A DNA stretch of 55,713 nt, taken from positions 69,966 to 125,678 of the forward strand of contig PFLE01000011.1 in assembly GCA_002784465.1 (NCBI GenBank), written 5' to 3'. Under the pieces are notes generated by a model. The model was not told where the DNA came from. It saw only the letters and a list, made by a program, of their open reading frames with translations, and did not search any database. This DNA is from Candidatus Shapirobacteria bacterium CG_4_10_14_0_8_um_filter_39_15 (GTDB taxonomy: Bacteria; Patescibacteriota; Microgenomatia; UM-FILTER-39-15). Position numbers and translations under genes: made by a program. Positions 27,617 through 37,301 of the stretch are shown piece after piece. Every line of letters begins with the position of its first letter. The stretch's first letter is position 1.

Positions 27617-29151
27617 CTTGTCATTTTATAGATTTTCTGGCCGGACTCTGCTTGCCAGATTTTTTGAATTGTTTTCGGAGCAAAAGATTCCATTTCCATT
27701 CCTCCCAATTTCAAAGGTTCTTTTATATCCCCTTCATCAATTAAATATAATGTTTTAGCCTGTTGATAATCATTAATATCCCAATTGCTGATTGGCAACC
27801 TGTAATAAGCCTCCAAAAAATAACGGTATTCCAAACCATTATGATCCCAACGTTGAGGATCATTATTGTTCGCCGCGATGACATAACTGCCAGGCTTACT
27901 GTTAAAAAAATCATCGGCGATAATTTTTGCCGCCGAGAGAAAAAAGGCATCACTTCTTAAGCTATTAGGCATTTTAAAGAAATTAAGAATGCTGAAAACA
28001 AACATTGGAAAAAATAATAAAAGAGACAAAAATAAACCCCAATTCTTTTTCCTTAAAAGGTAAAATAGATTAACCAAAAGAAGAAAAACCGCCGGGAACA
28101 AAAAATTATATTGATAAAAATAAAATGTTTTTGACGGCAACAGGAACCTCAAACCAATGCCGAAAAGAAACCAGAATAAAATCAAAAAGAAACCTTTCTT
28201 TTCCGTATTGTCTTTTATCCTGATGATCAAACCTATAAATATGAACAAAATAAGCAAAAAACTCCAGCTTTGATAAAAGATGGGTATTTTGTCCATAAGA
28301 ATAATTGAAGAAGGATTAATTGATTCCACTCCCTTAATTAGATGACCATTAAAAAGTAACCATGGAAGCTTGAAAAGATCTTTCATAAAAATTTCCAGAC
28401 GAAAAAAAATAGAGTCTGAGCCGTTCCCGTTCCCGATTACAAAGTTGACAATATTTGAGGTTATCGAAAAATGATGACGAACCTCAAAAAATAATAGAGG
28501 TGAAACGAAAATCAAAAAGGAGAAAAAACCAATGATTACGTTTTTCAACGAAGCTTTGTTCTTTCTCCGACCAAAAAGAAAAACAAAAAAAATCACTGGC
28601 GCCATCACTAAAAGACTGAAATGAAAGCTTAAACTTAAACCAAAAAAAGTGCAGGCAATATAAAACCAGAGCCATTTTTCTTTGATCAAAAATCGGTAAA
28701 GACAAAAAATTATCGCCAGAGAAAAAAAATCGCTGGTATTAGGATTCCAGGCATGCCGGGAAAAGGAAATTACAACCGGGCAAACAGCAAAAAGTAAGGA
28801 TCCCAAAGCCGCCGGTAATTTACCAAAAATCTCCCGGGCGAATAGATAAAAAAGGAAAACAGCACTTATCCCTAAAATTGCCGTAAAAAAATCCGCTCCC
28901 TGCGGCTGAAAGCGAAAAATCATCAAAAAAGGAGCCAGGAGGTAATAATAAAAAGGCGGCAAAAAAACACCGGGAATAAGAACAGTGGGCCCAAGTAAAG
29001 TTAACTTATGATCAAGCAGCATTCTTTTAATTATTAAAAAATCTCTGGCCTGATCATAAGTGATAAACTGGGTGATTTCTAAATGCCAAAAACGGAAAAA
29101 GGCCGCTATGAGCAAAATTAATAAAAGAACCAGAATTTCATTTCTTTTCAT
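27613..29151 (-). CDS. GT-C membrane glycosyltransferase (PMT/ArnT-like)
   Basis: ITYDQARD, PPFYYY and AWNPN motifs. Polytopic. Confidence 0.82.
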   Translation of the reverse strand: MKRNEILVLLLILLIAAFFRFWHLEITQFITYDQARDFLIIKRMLLDHKLTLLGPTVLIPGVFLPPFYYYLLAPFLMIFRFQPQGADFFTAILGISAVFLFYLFAREIFGKLPAALGSLLFAVCPVVISFSRHAWNPNTSDFFSLAIIFCLYRFLIKEKWLWFYIACTFFGLSLSFHFSLLVMAPVIFFVFLFGRRKNKASLKNVIIGFFSFLIFVSPLLFFEVRHHFSITSNIVNFVIGNGNGSDSIFFRLEIFMKDLFKLPWLLFNGHLIKGVESINPSSIILMDKIPIFYQSWSFLLILFIFIGLIIRIKDNTEKKGFFLILFWFLFGIGLRFLLPSKTFYFYQYNFLFPAVFLLLVNLFYLLRKKNWGLFLSLLLFFPMFVFSILNFFKMPNSLRSDAFFLSAAKIIADDFFNSKPGSYVIAANNNDPQRWDHNGLEYRYFLEAYYRLPISNWDINDYQQAKTLYLIDEGDIKEPLKLGGMEMESFAPKTIQKIWQAESGQKIYKMTR

Positions 29152-30260
29152 TTCCTGAAAACCTCGTCATAAATCTTTAGTGTTTCCCGTGCAGTTTTTT
29201 CCCAGGAAAATTCCTTAGCTCTTATTAAACCTTTTTTTGTCATTTCTTCTTTATTTTTTATGGCTTTCTCAATTCCCTGTACAATCTCTTCAACGTTCTC
29301 TGGATTAACCAGTATCGCTGCCTTTCCGGCAATTTCTGCCAAACTGGAAACATTGGAGGTTACCACGGGACAACCACTGGCCATCGCTTCAAGAACCGGT
29401 AGACCAAATCCTTCATACAAAGGTGGATAAACAAAACATTCCGCTCCGGAGTATAACAACGCTAAATCTTCCTTTAGCACGAAACCGAGAATTTTTAATT
29501 TTTTATCTTTAATATTTGATTTTTCACTACCCCATCCATATTTCCCTGCTATCACTAAAGTGACAAGGTTAGACCTTGTCAATCGAGAATGAGCCTCGAT
29601 TACCCTAGCAAGATTCTTTCTCGGTTCTCTTGTTCCTACTGCCAATATATATTTTCCCTCAATTCCATACTTCTTCTTTATTTTGTTTACCTTGAGCGGA
29701 GTCGAAGGGTTGTAAATCTCATCCGCCGCTTCATATATGACTTTAATTCTACTTTCAGGAATCCCTAGTAATTCGACAATATCTTTTTTAGTGTTTTCCG
29801 AAACCGCAATAATTATTTTTGATTCTTTTTTAACTAAATCCAGTTTTCTTTTTTGATTGGCAACAATATCGTGACCTCCTCGAGGAACAAAGGTCTCCGG
29901 ATATTTTAAAACCGTTAAATCGTGAATTGTTGTCACTTTGGGACATTTTGCCGGCGGCTCCAGCCAATCGGAAGTGTGAAATAGATCTAACTTTCCAGTA
30001 AAAGTTTCTATAGGTAAAATATGGAATTTATTCCATATCAATTCCAAAAATATTGGCGGGAATCGGAAATTTTTGATATTTGATCTGTGTTTTATATTTT
30101 CTATCTTTAATCTTTTATTTTCTATTCTTAGCGATGAATAAAATAAAACATATTCATTTTCCTTGTCAATGTTTAGCAGGTTATTAACCAGGTTTTCCGT
30201 ATATGTGGCTACCCCGGTTCCAGGGTATGCCAATTGCGAGATGTCAATTCCAATCTTCAT
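29148..30260 (-). CDS. GT4 glycosyltransferase carrying four in-frame repeat insertions
   Basis: TIHDL, EPRKN and YEGFGLPVLEAMASGCPVV motifs. Confidence 0.93.
   Translation of the reverse strand: MKIGIDISQLAYPGTGVATYTENLVNNLLNIDKENEYVLFYSSLRIENKRLKIENIKHRSNIKNFRFPPIFLELIWNKFHILPIETFTGKLDLFHTSDWLEPPAKCPKVTTIHDLTVLKYPETFVPRGGHDIVANQKRKLDLVKKESKIIIAVSENTKKDIVELLGIPESRIKVIYEAADEIYNPSTPLKVNKIKKKYGIEGKYILAVGTREPRKNLARVIEAHSRLTRSNLVTLVIAGKYGWGSEKSNIKDKKLKILGFVLKEDLALLYSGAECFVYPPLYEGFGLPVLEAMASGCPVVTSNVSSLAEIAGKAAILVNPENVEEIVQGIEKAIKNKEEMTKKGLIRAKEFSWEKTARETLKIYDEVFRK
29561..29581. repeat. Perfect 9-bp hairpin (AAGGTTAGACCTT type) inside the GT4 gene
   Basis: TGACAAGGT-TAG-ACCTTGTCA. Encodes LTRSNLVT. 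Confidence 0.65.
29686..29709 (-). repeat. Family A REP-like element, in-frame in the GT4 linker
   Basis: CCCTTCGACTCCGCTCAAGGTAAA. Encodes PSTPLKVN. Confidence 0.78.
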
Positions 30261-30266
30261 AATAAT

Positions 30267-30306
30267 ATTAACGGATTAACGGATTAAAAAATTAACGGAT
30301 TAACAC
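30267..30306 (+). repeat. Octamer array (ATTAACGG x5), left arm of four-helix-bundle cassette 1
   Basis: ATTAACGG ATTAACGG ATTAAAAA ATTAACGG ATTAACAC. Confidence 0.92.
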
Positions 30307-30315
30307 ATAAGCGCA

Positions 30316-30705
30316 TTAATTATTCGTAAAATTTCCTTCCTTCTTTTGTTTTTTCAAATATGAAATAAAACTCCCGATCTGTTTTCCCAAAGAATCAAAT
30401 TTATTATTCAGATCGTCAAAGGTTTGTTTATTTATATATCCTAATGCCAAAGCAAAATACAGTTGACTTCGAACTTCTCCGGTAGATCCTTTTGCGATTA
30501 ATAAAAATCTTACAAATTCATTATTGTTTGATCTTTCGAATCCTTCTGCGATATTTGAGCTTATTGAAATTACCGCTCTTCTAATTTGATCCTTAAAAGA
30601 ATAATCTTTCTCAAACTTACCAGTACTGGATAATAAATAAACCTCTTTCCCGAGTTCGATTGACTCTTTCCAAATCGGCAATTCCTCGAATATTTTATAT
30701 TTCAT
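30316..30705 (-). CDS. Four helix bundle protein (23S rRNA IVP / Avd-like family)
   Basis: FEELPIWK, DQIRRAVISISSNIAEGFER and FLLIAKGSTGEVRSQL motifs. Confidence 0.93.
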   Translation of the reverse strand: MKYKIFEELPIWKESIELGKEVYLLSSTGKFEKDYSFKDQIRRAVISISSNIAEGFERSNNNEFVRFLLIAKGSTGEVRSQLYFALALGYINKQTFDDLNNKFDSLGKQIGSFISYLKKQKKEGNFTNN

Positions 30706-30712
30706 TTTTTTA

Positions 30713-30770
30713 AATTTCGTAAATTCGTAATCCGTTAATATTTTAATTCTTTAATCCGCAATCCGTTAAT
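30713..30770 (-). repeat. Octamer array, right (inverted) arm of cassette 1
   Basis: Minus strand reads ATTAACGG ATTGCGG ATTAAAGA ATTAAAAT ATTAACGG ATTACGA ATTTACGA. Confidence 0.9.
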
Positions 30771-32160
30771 TTTTCCTATATTCCCAAACAGGTATTTGAT
30801 TAAAACTTATTTCTTTGGTTTTATTATAACCATTTTTAGTTAGCCAGAATATAATCTTTTCTTCAGGGTCAAACAAGGGTTGTAAATATCGAATATAATA
30901 TATTGTTAAATTGATAAATTGCTTGCCCTGCGCTTGTCGAAGGGTTAGGTTATCAAAATCTTTGGAATCAACCATCCTGGCCCCCGGAGAAATTCCAATC
31001 AGCCTAACCTTGCCTGACGAATAATATTGCCAGGGCCAATTCGACGTCGATGATGGCAAAACTGCCACCGCATTTTTTTGTTGTTCAATAAAATATATTG
31101 TTCCCCGCCAGTCTTCCCGCCAGAAATAGGGATTGGAATAATACTGGTATAAAGAAAATACAGAAACCAGAATAATAAAACCAGCAAACATTTTAACGAT
31201 TCTATCACTTTTAATTGACATTAAACCCAAAACCAATAATAAATAAAAGGCCGGCAAGACAAAAAGTAGACGGAAGGGCTGAAAGTTGGGAAGACCAACT
31301 GACAACAGCAACGCAAGTGCAGTTGGGACGATTAACCATAAATTGATTAACAGGTCTTTTCTGAAAAGCCCTTTTAACAAAAGAAATCCGTAAACTAGAA
31401 ACAAGCATATTGCCGATAATTCATAAAGCGTTTTATCAAAGATCGTGATTCTCCCAATTATGAATTTTATAAATGTTAATGGCAAGGCCTTGATAAAGGA
31501 AGCGTTTACCAATATCCCCCATTGCGGCAGAATTGATACTGCTTCTTTACCAAAGGATATTTGTTTTATGAACATCGGCAACCAAGGAATAAACATTAAA
31601 AGGGAAACTGCCTGATATCTCAAGACATGATTATTTCTGTTCCGCCAAGAAATGATGCCTTGAACCAATAAAATAAAAATAGCAAAGTAGCTGGAGTAAA
31701 GAGCTAAAACAGTGGCAACTACGTAAAAAGTCCACTTCTTTTTTAGAAAAAAATACATTGACAAAGAAACCAACAAAGTAACCAAAGCATAAGGTCTAGC
31801 CTCTTGGGAATAATAAATATGAAACGGCGCTGTCGCCATCAACAACGCTACTATCTGTGCAATCCGCAATCCGTTAATCCGTAATCCGTAATCCGCAATT
31901 TTATAAACAACATAAATTGTGGCGGTTCCAAAGATAACTGATGGCAGGCGTAATATTATTTCGCTTGATCCAAGAAGGTGAACCCAACGCCACATAAATA
32001 TATGATATAAAGGAGGGTGAAAATCGCCTAACAGTTCGGAAAAAATATTAAAGAAACTACCTTGTGACGTTATCGCCTGAACTGCCTCATCAAGCCAAAG
32101 ACTTTGATTAAGATTTATCAATCTCAAGACTAATCCCAGTAACAATATTAAGATAATCAT
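30766..32160 (-). CDS. GT-C membrane glycosyltransferase (PMT-like)
   Basis: SLWLDEA, DFHPPLY, YYSQEARPY and REDWR motifs. Confidence 0.85.
   Translation of the reverse strand: MIILILLLGLVLRLINLNQSLWLDEAVQAITSQGSFFNIFSELLGDFHPPLYHIFMWRWVHLLGSSEIILRLPSVIFGTATIYVVYKIADYGLRINGLRIAQIVALLMATAPFHIYYSQEARPYALVTLLVSLSMYFFLKKKWTFYVVATVLALYSSYFAIFILLVQGIISWRNRNNHVLRYQAVSLLMFIPWLPMFIKQISFGKEAVSILPQWGILVNASFIKALPLTFIKFIIGRITIFDKTLYELSAICLFLVYGFLLLKGLFRKDLLINLWLIVPTALALLLSVGLPNFQPFRLLFVLPAFYLLLVLGLMSIKSDRIVKMFAGFIILVSVFSLYQYYSNPYFWREDWRGTIYFIEQQKNAVAVLPSSTSNWPWQYYSSGKVRLIGISPGARMVDSKDFDNLTLRQAQGKQFINLTIYYIRYLQPLFDPEEKIIFWLTKNGYNKTKEISFNQIPVWEYRKN
30922..30944 (-). repeat. Family A REP-like element, in-frame and nested in a degenerate octamer run
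   Basis: CCCTTCGACAAGCGCAGGGCAAG encodes LRQAQGK. Followed by TTATCAAT TTAACAAT. Confidence 0.75.
31861..31899 (-). repeat. In-frame 7/8-mer array related to the cassette 1 unit
   Basis: Plus strand AATCCGC AATCCGTT AATCCGT AATCCGT AATCCGC AAT. Encodes IADYGLRINGLRI. Confidence 0.88.
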
Positions 32161-33050
32161 TGATTAATAAGCTGTTTTAACAATCCGAGTTTTAATCCTA
32201 GTAGTAAATTAAAAAATATCGCCCATTTAATTAATTGAGCTTTGGTTTTTGAATAATTCTTCTCGCAAAATAAAAATAACGAATTAAAATTAAGAAACAA
32301 AAATTTATCAAGACCTTCTTTTTTTATTACCGGCTCAATGCTTTTTCGACCAAGATGAATAATTCTGGCGTCTGGAACAACAAACAATTTATAACCGGCT
32401 TTGTTTATTTGAAAACTCAAATCAACATCTTCGAAATAGATAGGAAATTTTTCGTCAAATCCGTCGATTTGTTTAAAGAGATTTTTTCTTATCATTAACG
32501 CTGCGCCAGGTATTTGCTCAACTTGTGAAACATTTGTATAGTCACTGACTGAAAATAAATAATTCGGAAATATTTTAGTAAATAATGTTCTTAAATATTT
32601 ATTATAATAAACCAACGCTCTTAGAGGGCTTGGAAATCTTAAAAAACACGGATCGATTTGATAAGAACCGTCTTCGTTCAAAAGCAATGGTGAAACAGCT
32701 CCCACCTCTTGATTGTGATCAAGAAAATCTATAAGTTTTTCCAAAGCCGATTCTTTAACAATCGTATCCGAGTTTAGAAAAAATAAATATTCTCCTTTTG
32801 CTATTTTAGCAGCCTGATTATTAGCTTTACTAAATCCCAGATTATTTTTATTAATAATCAGGTTAACGGCAGGAAATTCCTTCTTCACCATTTCCGCTGA
32901 TTTGTCTTGCGATCCATTATCCACCACAATTATTTCAAATTTTAAATTAAAAATTTCAAATTCCAAACTTTTAAGACAGTCCCTCAAAAGTTTGGCTGTG
33001 TTCCAGGAAAGAATAATAATCGAAACTCTTATTTTTTGAGTATTTTCCAT
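32157..33050 (-). CDS. GT2 glycosyltransferase
   Basis: VVDNGSQD, NLGFSKANN, FLNSDT and YFEDVDL motifs. Contains a TTTCAAA-type array at 32933-32967. Confidence 0.92.
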   Translation of the reverse strand: MENTQKIRVSIIILSWNTAKLLRDCLKSLEFEIFNLKFEIIVVDNGSQDKSAEMVKKEFPAVNLIINKNNLGFSKANNQAAKIAKGEYLFFLNSDTIVKESALEKLIDFLDHNQEVGAVSPLLLNEDGSYQIDPCFLRFPSPLRALVYYNKYLRTLFTKIFPNYLFSVSDYTNVSQVEQIPGAALMIRKNLFKQIDGFDEKFPIYFEDVDLSFQINKAGYKLFVVPDARIIHLGRKSIEPVIKKEGLDKFLFLNFNSLFLFCEKNYSKTKAQLIKWAIFFNLLLGLKLGLLKQLINQ

Positions 33051-34255
33051 ACGAAAAGATTATTAATTATTAATCCGGCAAATTCGCCCCCCACAACGGC
33101 CCAAGCTGCACCAATAATTGAAAACCGGGGGATTAAAAATAAACATAAAATTAGCGTAATCAAAAAATTAACCAAAGCCCAAGGTAAAAATCTCTTAAAT
33201 TGAGGTGAATTTTGAATAATGTTACCGGGCAAAACATTAACAAAAAAGAGAATTAAGGAGACACTTAAAATAGCTAAAACCGGTGCAGCCGCCATATAAC
33301 TTTGGCCATAAGTCAAACCGATAATCAGCTTTGAACCAATGATCAAAAACAAAGCAAACGGTAAAGAAAAAAGCAGTAAAATTCCCAGACCCTTTCGGTA
33401 GACCCTCTTTAATTTTTCTTTATCTTCTAAAAATAAACGAGCAGATAAAGGGAACAACGCCAAAGCTAAAGATTGAGGAACTAGAATAATTGCTTCAATA
33501 AACTTAAAAGCGCTCCCATAAAGTCCGGTATAATAATCCCCTTTTAATAAACCAACCAAAATTAGGGAAATCCGTAGATAAATTACAGCCAAAATCAGTA
33601 AAAAGGCAAAAGCCCAGGATTGGGAAAGGGATTTGCTAATAAACTTTTTGTCAATAATCCAACCCAATGGCAACCCCCAAGAACCGGCCTTAAAAAGAAA
33701 AACCAAGGTGACCACCGATTGTCCCAAAAAGCCGGTAAGAAAAATCACCGAAAGCGGCAACTTAAGTAAAACAAAAATTACGCCGAGAATAAAAATTAAT
33801 AACTGACCAGCGATAACAGCAAAAGACATATATTCCATCTTTTCCCGAGCGTTTAAAAAACTGCTTAATAGATAGGTAAAACTGTAAGGAAAAATAAAAA
33901 GTCCGAAGATACCCAAATAAAAGATTTGCTGGAGCGACTGTCCAAGAAAGATACCCAACAACAAAGCCCCAAAATAAGCGATCAGGGATAACAAAAATCT
34001 TAATGGTAGTAAACGAGCTAGATAAAAGGAAATTTTTTCCGGTTCCCGAGAGATGTCGCGTAAAACCAATCTTTCCAAACCAAAATCCGCAACCGGAATA
34101 AAATTATAAATAAAAGCGAGGGTAAAATTATAAATACCAAAAGTCGCTACTCCAAGATACCGGGCTAAAAAGATAAAATAGATAAACCCCAGAAGGCGGG
34201 CGCTGATTTGAGAAAAAGAAAGAAACAAGGTGTTGGCGGCAATTTTAGCAATCAT
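33029..34255 (-). CDS. Wzx-type flippase (MOP superfamily)
   Basis: KIAANT, ARYLG...FGIY, DFGL, GLYGSA and IPRFSIIGAAWA motifs. About 12 TM helices. Confidence 0.9.
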   Translation of the reverse strand: MIAKIAANTLFLSFSQISARLLGFIYFIFLARYLGVATFGIYNFTLAFIYNFIPVADFGLERLVLRDISREPEKISFYLARLLPLRFLLSLIAYFGALLLGIFLGQSLQQIFYLGIFGLFIFPYSFTYLLSSFLNAREKMEYMSFAVIAGQLLIFILGVIFVLLKLPLSVIFLTGFLGQSVVTLVFLFKAGSWGLPLGWIIDKKFISKSLSQSWAFAFLLILAVIYLRISLILVGLLKGDYYTGLYGSAFKFIEAIILVPQSLALALFPLSARLFLEDKEKLKRVYRKGLGILLLFSLPFALFLIIGSKLIIGLTYGQSYMAAAPVLAILSVSLILFFVNVLPGNIIQNSPQFKRFLPWALVNFLITLILCLFLIPRFSIIGAAWAVVGGEFAGLIINNLFVWKILKK

Positions 34256-34259
34256 TGAT

Positions 34260-35888
34260 CTATTTTACCCTAAATATACCAAAAGCGGGAGAGGTGTCCG
34301 GATAATTGATGGTTTTTTCAGGAGTGTTTTGGAAAATTTGGTAATCCTGAAATTTTGTTTTAAGATCTTCCGGCAAAGCTAAATGGCTTATTCCGTTTTG
34401 ATTTAAAAAGGAGGTTAAATCTAATTCCCCGCGTGGAATTGAGAAATACAGATTATTAAAAGCTTTGGTAAAAGTACTATTGCCGATCGTGATTGATGAT
34501 ATTTTATTACCTAGATATTTTTCATAATCGGTTCTTTGCCAAAACCTAAAATACGCCTGTGGATAATAACCATCCCAGATGATCAGCATTGACTGATCAT
34601 TTTTTTCTTTTTGAAAATCGGCTAGTTCTTTAAAACCATATTCAAAACTTCTTGCGGATTTAGCCGGATAAACCTGAAAATAGTTAAAAAGAAAACTGTA
34701 CGTGGAAAAAGCAAAAATTATTAACAACAAAACCGACAAAATAATTTTTAACTTCTTCTCAAATAGATGTAGAAATTCCATTATACCCAAAGCCGATAGG
34801 TAAGTTAAAAGCGGCAACATATAGGTCACCCGTAAAAGATAACCGGAACCGTCCTTAGTCAGAGCGGCCGGAATAGGAGTCACCAAAAACCAAAATAAAA
34901 ACATTTCTTTAGTCTTTTTTTCACCTCTGGTAAAAAGTATAAAAGCTCCATAAACTAAAAAGGGCAACAAAAAGGGATAAAGAACACCGAAACGGCCGGT
35001 GGAATGCCGCAAAATCGGATCACCTTTAAGAAATAGGAAATCCGGAGAAAAGAAAGAAAGATAGGTTCTGGTAAAAGAATTAATCACCGCTATCGGACGG
35101 TTATAAAATAACCGGCTAACCAATTCCGGATTAGAATTTAAAGAAAAAATTGTTGGACTTGAAAGGCGGGCTAAACCGCGGTCAACGTTTTCATTAGCGG
35201 TAACATTAACGTCTTTCCAAATCGCTAAATCGAAACCCCGATTACCCATTTTAAAAAGCATCAAACCAAAAAAAGTGATTAGAATTATCCCAATAATTAA
35301 AGCCGTCTTTTTAACTTTAACCGAAGTCGTCAGTTGCCAAATTTTAATGAAAACTAGAATCAAGACGAAAGGACCTATCAAAATCATTGATGCATAACAA
35401 TAGGCCGCTAAAAATAGAGGCATTAAAGACCATATGTAAGCTCTAATGGTTGTGGCTTTTAAATAAATCAACCAATGAATTCCAACCGCCAATAAAGACA
35501 AAATCACTCCGGTGTGTCCGATCCGGCTTATATGAATCCCCCAAGGTAAAAATGCGGCTAAAATTAGAGTTATTAAGGGAATTAATTGCCAATCTTTTTT
35601 CTTTTCAAAATTGATTTCTTTAGCCAACCAAAAAATAAGAAATAAAAGCAGGGTACCAAATAACACCGACGGTAATCTTACCCCTAAGGGTGTTAAATCC
35701 AAAAACCAAGTAAATCTCAATAATCTTAAAAAAAGAAGAGACGGTTCGAATAAATTACCGGAATCAAAAATACCGTTCGCTTCATCAACATAAAGAGACG
35801 GTATATTTAAATCTAGACGGTAAAATCTGATAAAAAAACCTGCTAAAATGATCAAAAATATAATAATCAATGTTAATTTTTTGTTCAT
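34260..35888 (-). CDS. GT-C membrane glycosyltransferase
   Basis: LYVDEA, VRLPSV and FFSPDFLFLKGD..LRH motifs. Polytopic. Confidence 0.8.
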   Translation of the reverse strand: MNKKLTLIIIFLIILAGFFIRFYRLDLNIPSLYVDEANGIFDSGNLFEPSLLFLRLLRFTWFLDLTPLGVRLPSVLFGTLLLFLIFWLAKEINFEKKKDWQLIPLITLILAAFLPWGIHISRIGHTGVILSLLAVGIHWLIYLKATTIRAYIWSLMPLFLAAYCYASMILIGPFVLILVFIKIWQLTTSVKVKKTALIIGIILITFFGLMLFKMGNRGFDLAIWKDVNVTANENVDRGLARLSSPTIFSLNSNPELVSRLFYNRPIAVINSFTRTYLSFFSPDFLFLKGDPILRHSTGRFGVLYPFLLPFLVYGAFILFTRGEKKTKEMFLFWFLVTPIPAALTKDGSGYLLRVTYMLPLLTYLSALGIMEFLHLFEKKLKIILSVLLLIIFAFSTYSFLFNYFQVYPAKSARSFEYGFKELADFQKEKNDQSMLIIWDGYYPQAYFRFWQRTDYEKYLGNKISSITIGNSTFTKAFNNLYFSIPRGELDLTSFLNQNGISHLALPEDLKTKFQDYQIFQNTPEKTINYPDTSPAFGIFRVK

Positions 35889-37294
35889 GGTAAAAAGATA
35901 GATGAGTTTATACTAATAGGTTGTTTATTTTTTGGCTTTTCTTCCGGTAAATCTTGATAAAAAGCTTGTATTCCTTTCTTATGATACAAAACCTGAAAGA
36001 AATTATCACCACCGACGGCAAAAGCCACCTGTTTTGATACTCCCCAAATTTTATTTTCAATATTCTGATCATTTATAAATTCAAAATAACGGTCTTGGGG
36101 ATATTGGGGATAGTTACTAGTAAAATACTGATAAACTTTTTGAGCAATCCGTGAACGGTTAACCGTATAGTGCGTTTGATAAGTCAAAAGATTCATTGAT
36201 AAATTAAGAATTACAAAAAGAACCACGAAAAGAGAGGTTAACCAAGAACGTTTAACCGAACAAATTTCCGTCAGAAAAAAACTAAAACCAATCATCGGCA
36301 AAGTCAATTCTAAAGTAAATTTATGCAATGGTAAAAAAAGTACTGGTGATAATGAAAAAAGAAATATTCCCAAAGAAAGCAAGATTTTCCTAGCTTCTAT
36401 TTTCCTAAAATTAGTTATAAGTAAAATCGTAAAAGATGTTAGAGTACAACCAGTTAAACTTAAAACAATTTTTGACCAAAAAGGAAAATCCGAGAAAAAC
36501 CGAGGTAGAATCTTAAAACCGCCGGAAACATAATCAACCAGTAATTCCGGTGCGCCAAAAGACCATAGACTATACCAGAAAAAAGTATTTAAAAATTTCT
36601 TTAGTGAAAAATCCCAAAGATAACTATCCCCGCCTGTCTGACCAAAATAAATAAAACGAAAATAAAGATAGGGTAAAAGAATTAGCAATAACGGAATCAG
36701 TCTTTTTGGGCGGAAATGACCGTTAAACCAGTCAAACAAAATCAAGATTAAAGGTAAAACGATGGCAGTTTCTTTACATAACAAGGCCAGGATAAAAAAT
36801 AACGCCGTTAATAAATCTATTTTCCAGGAAGGTTTTTTAAAATAAGTCAGAACCGCTAATAAAACAAAAACCGTCATTAAAATTTCCTGAAAGGCCGACA
36901 AAAAATAAAGACGGGTAAAATGAGTCACTGAAAAAGAGTAAAAAAGTAAAGCTAAAAGAGATTGCTTCTGGTTATTGAAAACATGTTGAGCCAAACGATA
37001 AACAAGGAAGAGACTAAGTCCAAAAACCAAAAAAACAAAAATATAATATGGTAAGGTGTTTAAGCCGAATAACTTTTGGAAAACAAAGAAAAAAACTTGA
37101 GTCGAAAGAGGACGATAAAAAGCGGCAGAATGGTCATTTGGGAAAAAAGAGAAAAAACTCAAAAAATCACCAAAATTATTAATTTGAGAAATCCGCAAAT
37201 GAAACCAATCATCGCTGGAGAAAAAATTAACAAGAGCCGGAGAAAAAATTAATAATGAAAAAAAAATGATTAATAATGGCCAATACTTTTTCAT
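35885..37294 (-). CDS. GT-C membrane glycosyltransferase-like protein (likely start MKKYWP at 37294)
   Basis: FFSSDDW, FYRPL and ALLCKETA motifs. TATAAT lies 6 nt before the ATG. Confidence 0.78.
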   Translation of the reverse strand: MKKYWPLLIIFFSLLIFSPALVNFFSSDDWFHLRISQINNFGDFLSFFSFFPNDHSAAFYRPLSTQVFFFVFQKLFGLNTLPYYIFVFLVFGLSLFLVYRLAQHVFNNQKQSLLALLFYSFSVTHFTRLYFLSAFQEILMTVFVLLAVLTYFKKPSWKIDLLTALFFILALLCKETAIVLPLILILFDWFNGHFRPKRLIPLLLILLPYLYFRFIYFGQTGGDSYLWDFSLKKFLNTFFWYSLWSFGAPELLVDYVSGGFKILPRFFSDFPFWSKIVLSLTGCTLTSFTILLITNFRKIEARKILLSLGIFLFSLSPVLFLPLHKFTLELTLPMIGFSFFLTEICSVKRSWLTSLFVVLFVILNLSMNLLTYQTHYTVNRSRIAQKVYQYFTSNYPQYPQDRYFEFINDQNIENKIWGVSKQVAFAVGGDNFFQVLYHKKGIQAFYQDLPEEKPKNKQPISINSSIFLP

Positions 37295-37301
37295 TATTAA
37301 A

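Noticed and set aside
30316-30705. 23S rRNA intervening sequence
   Set aside because: Flanks are glycosyltransferase genes. No rRNA sequence is present.
30267-30770. Classical IS element with target-site duplication
   Set aside because: No transposase and no direct repeat seen outside the arms.
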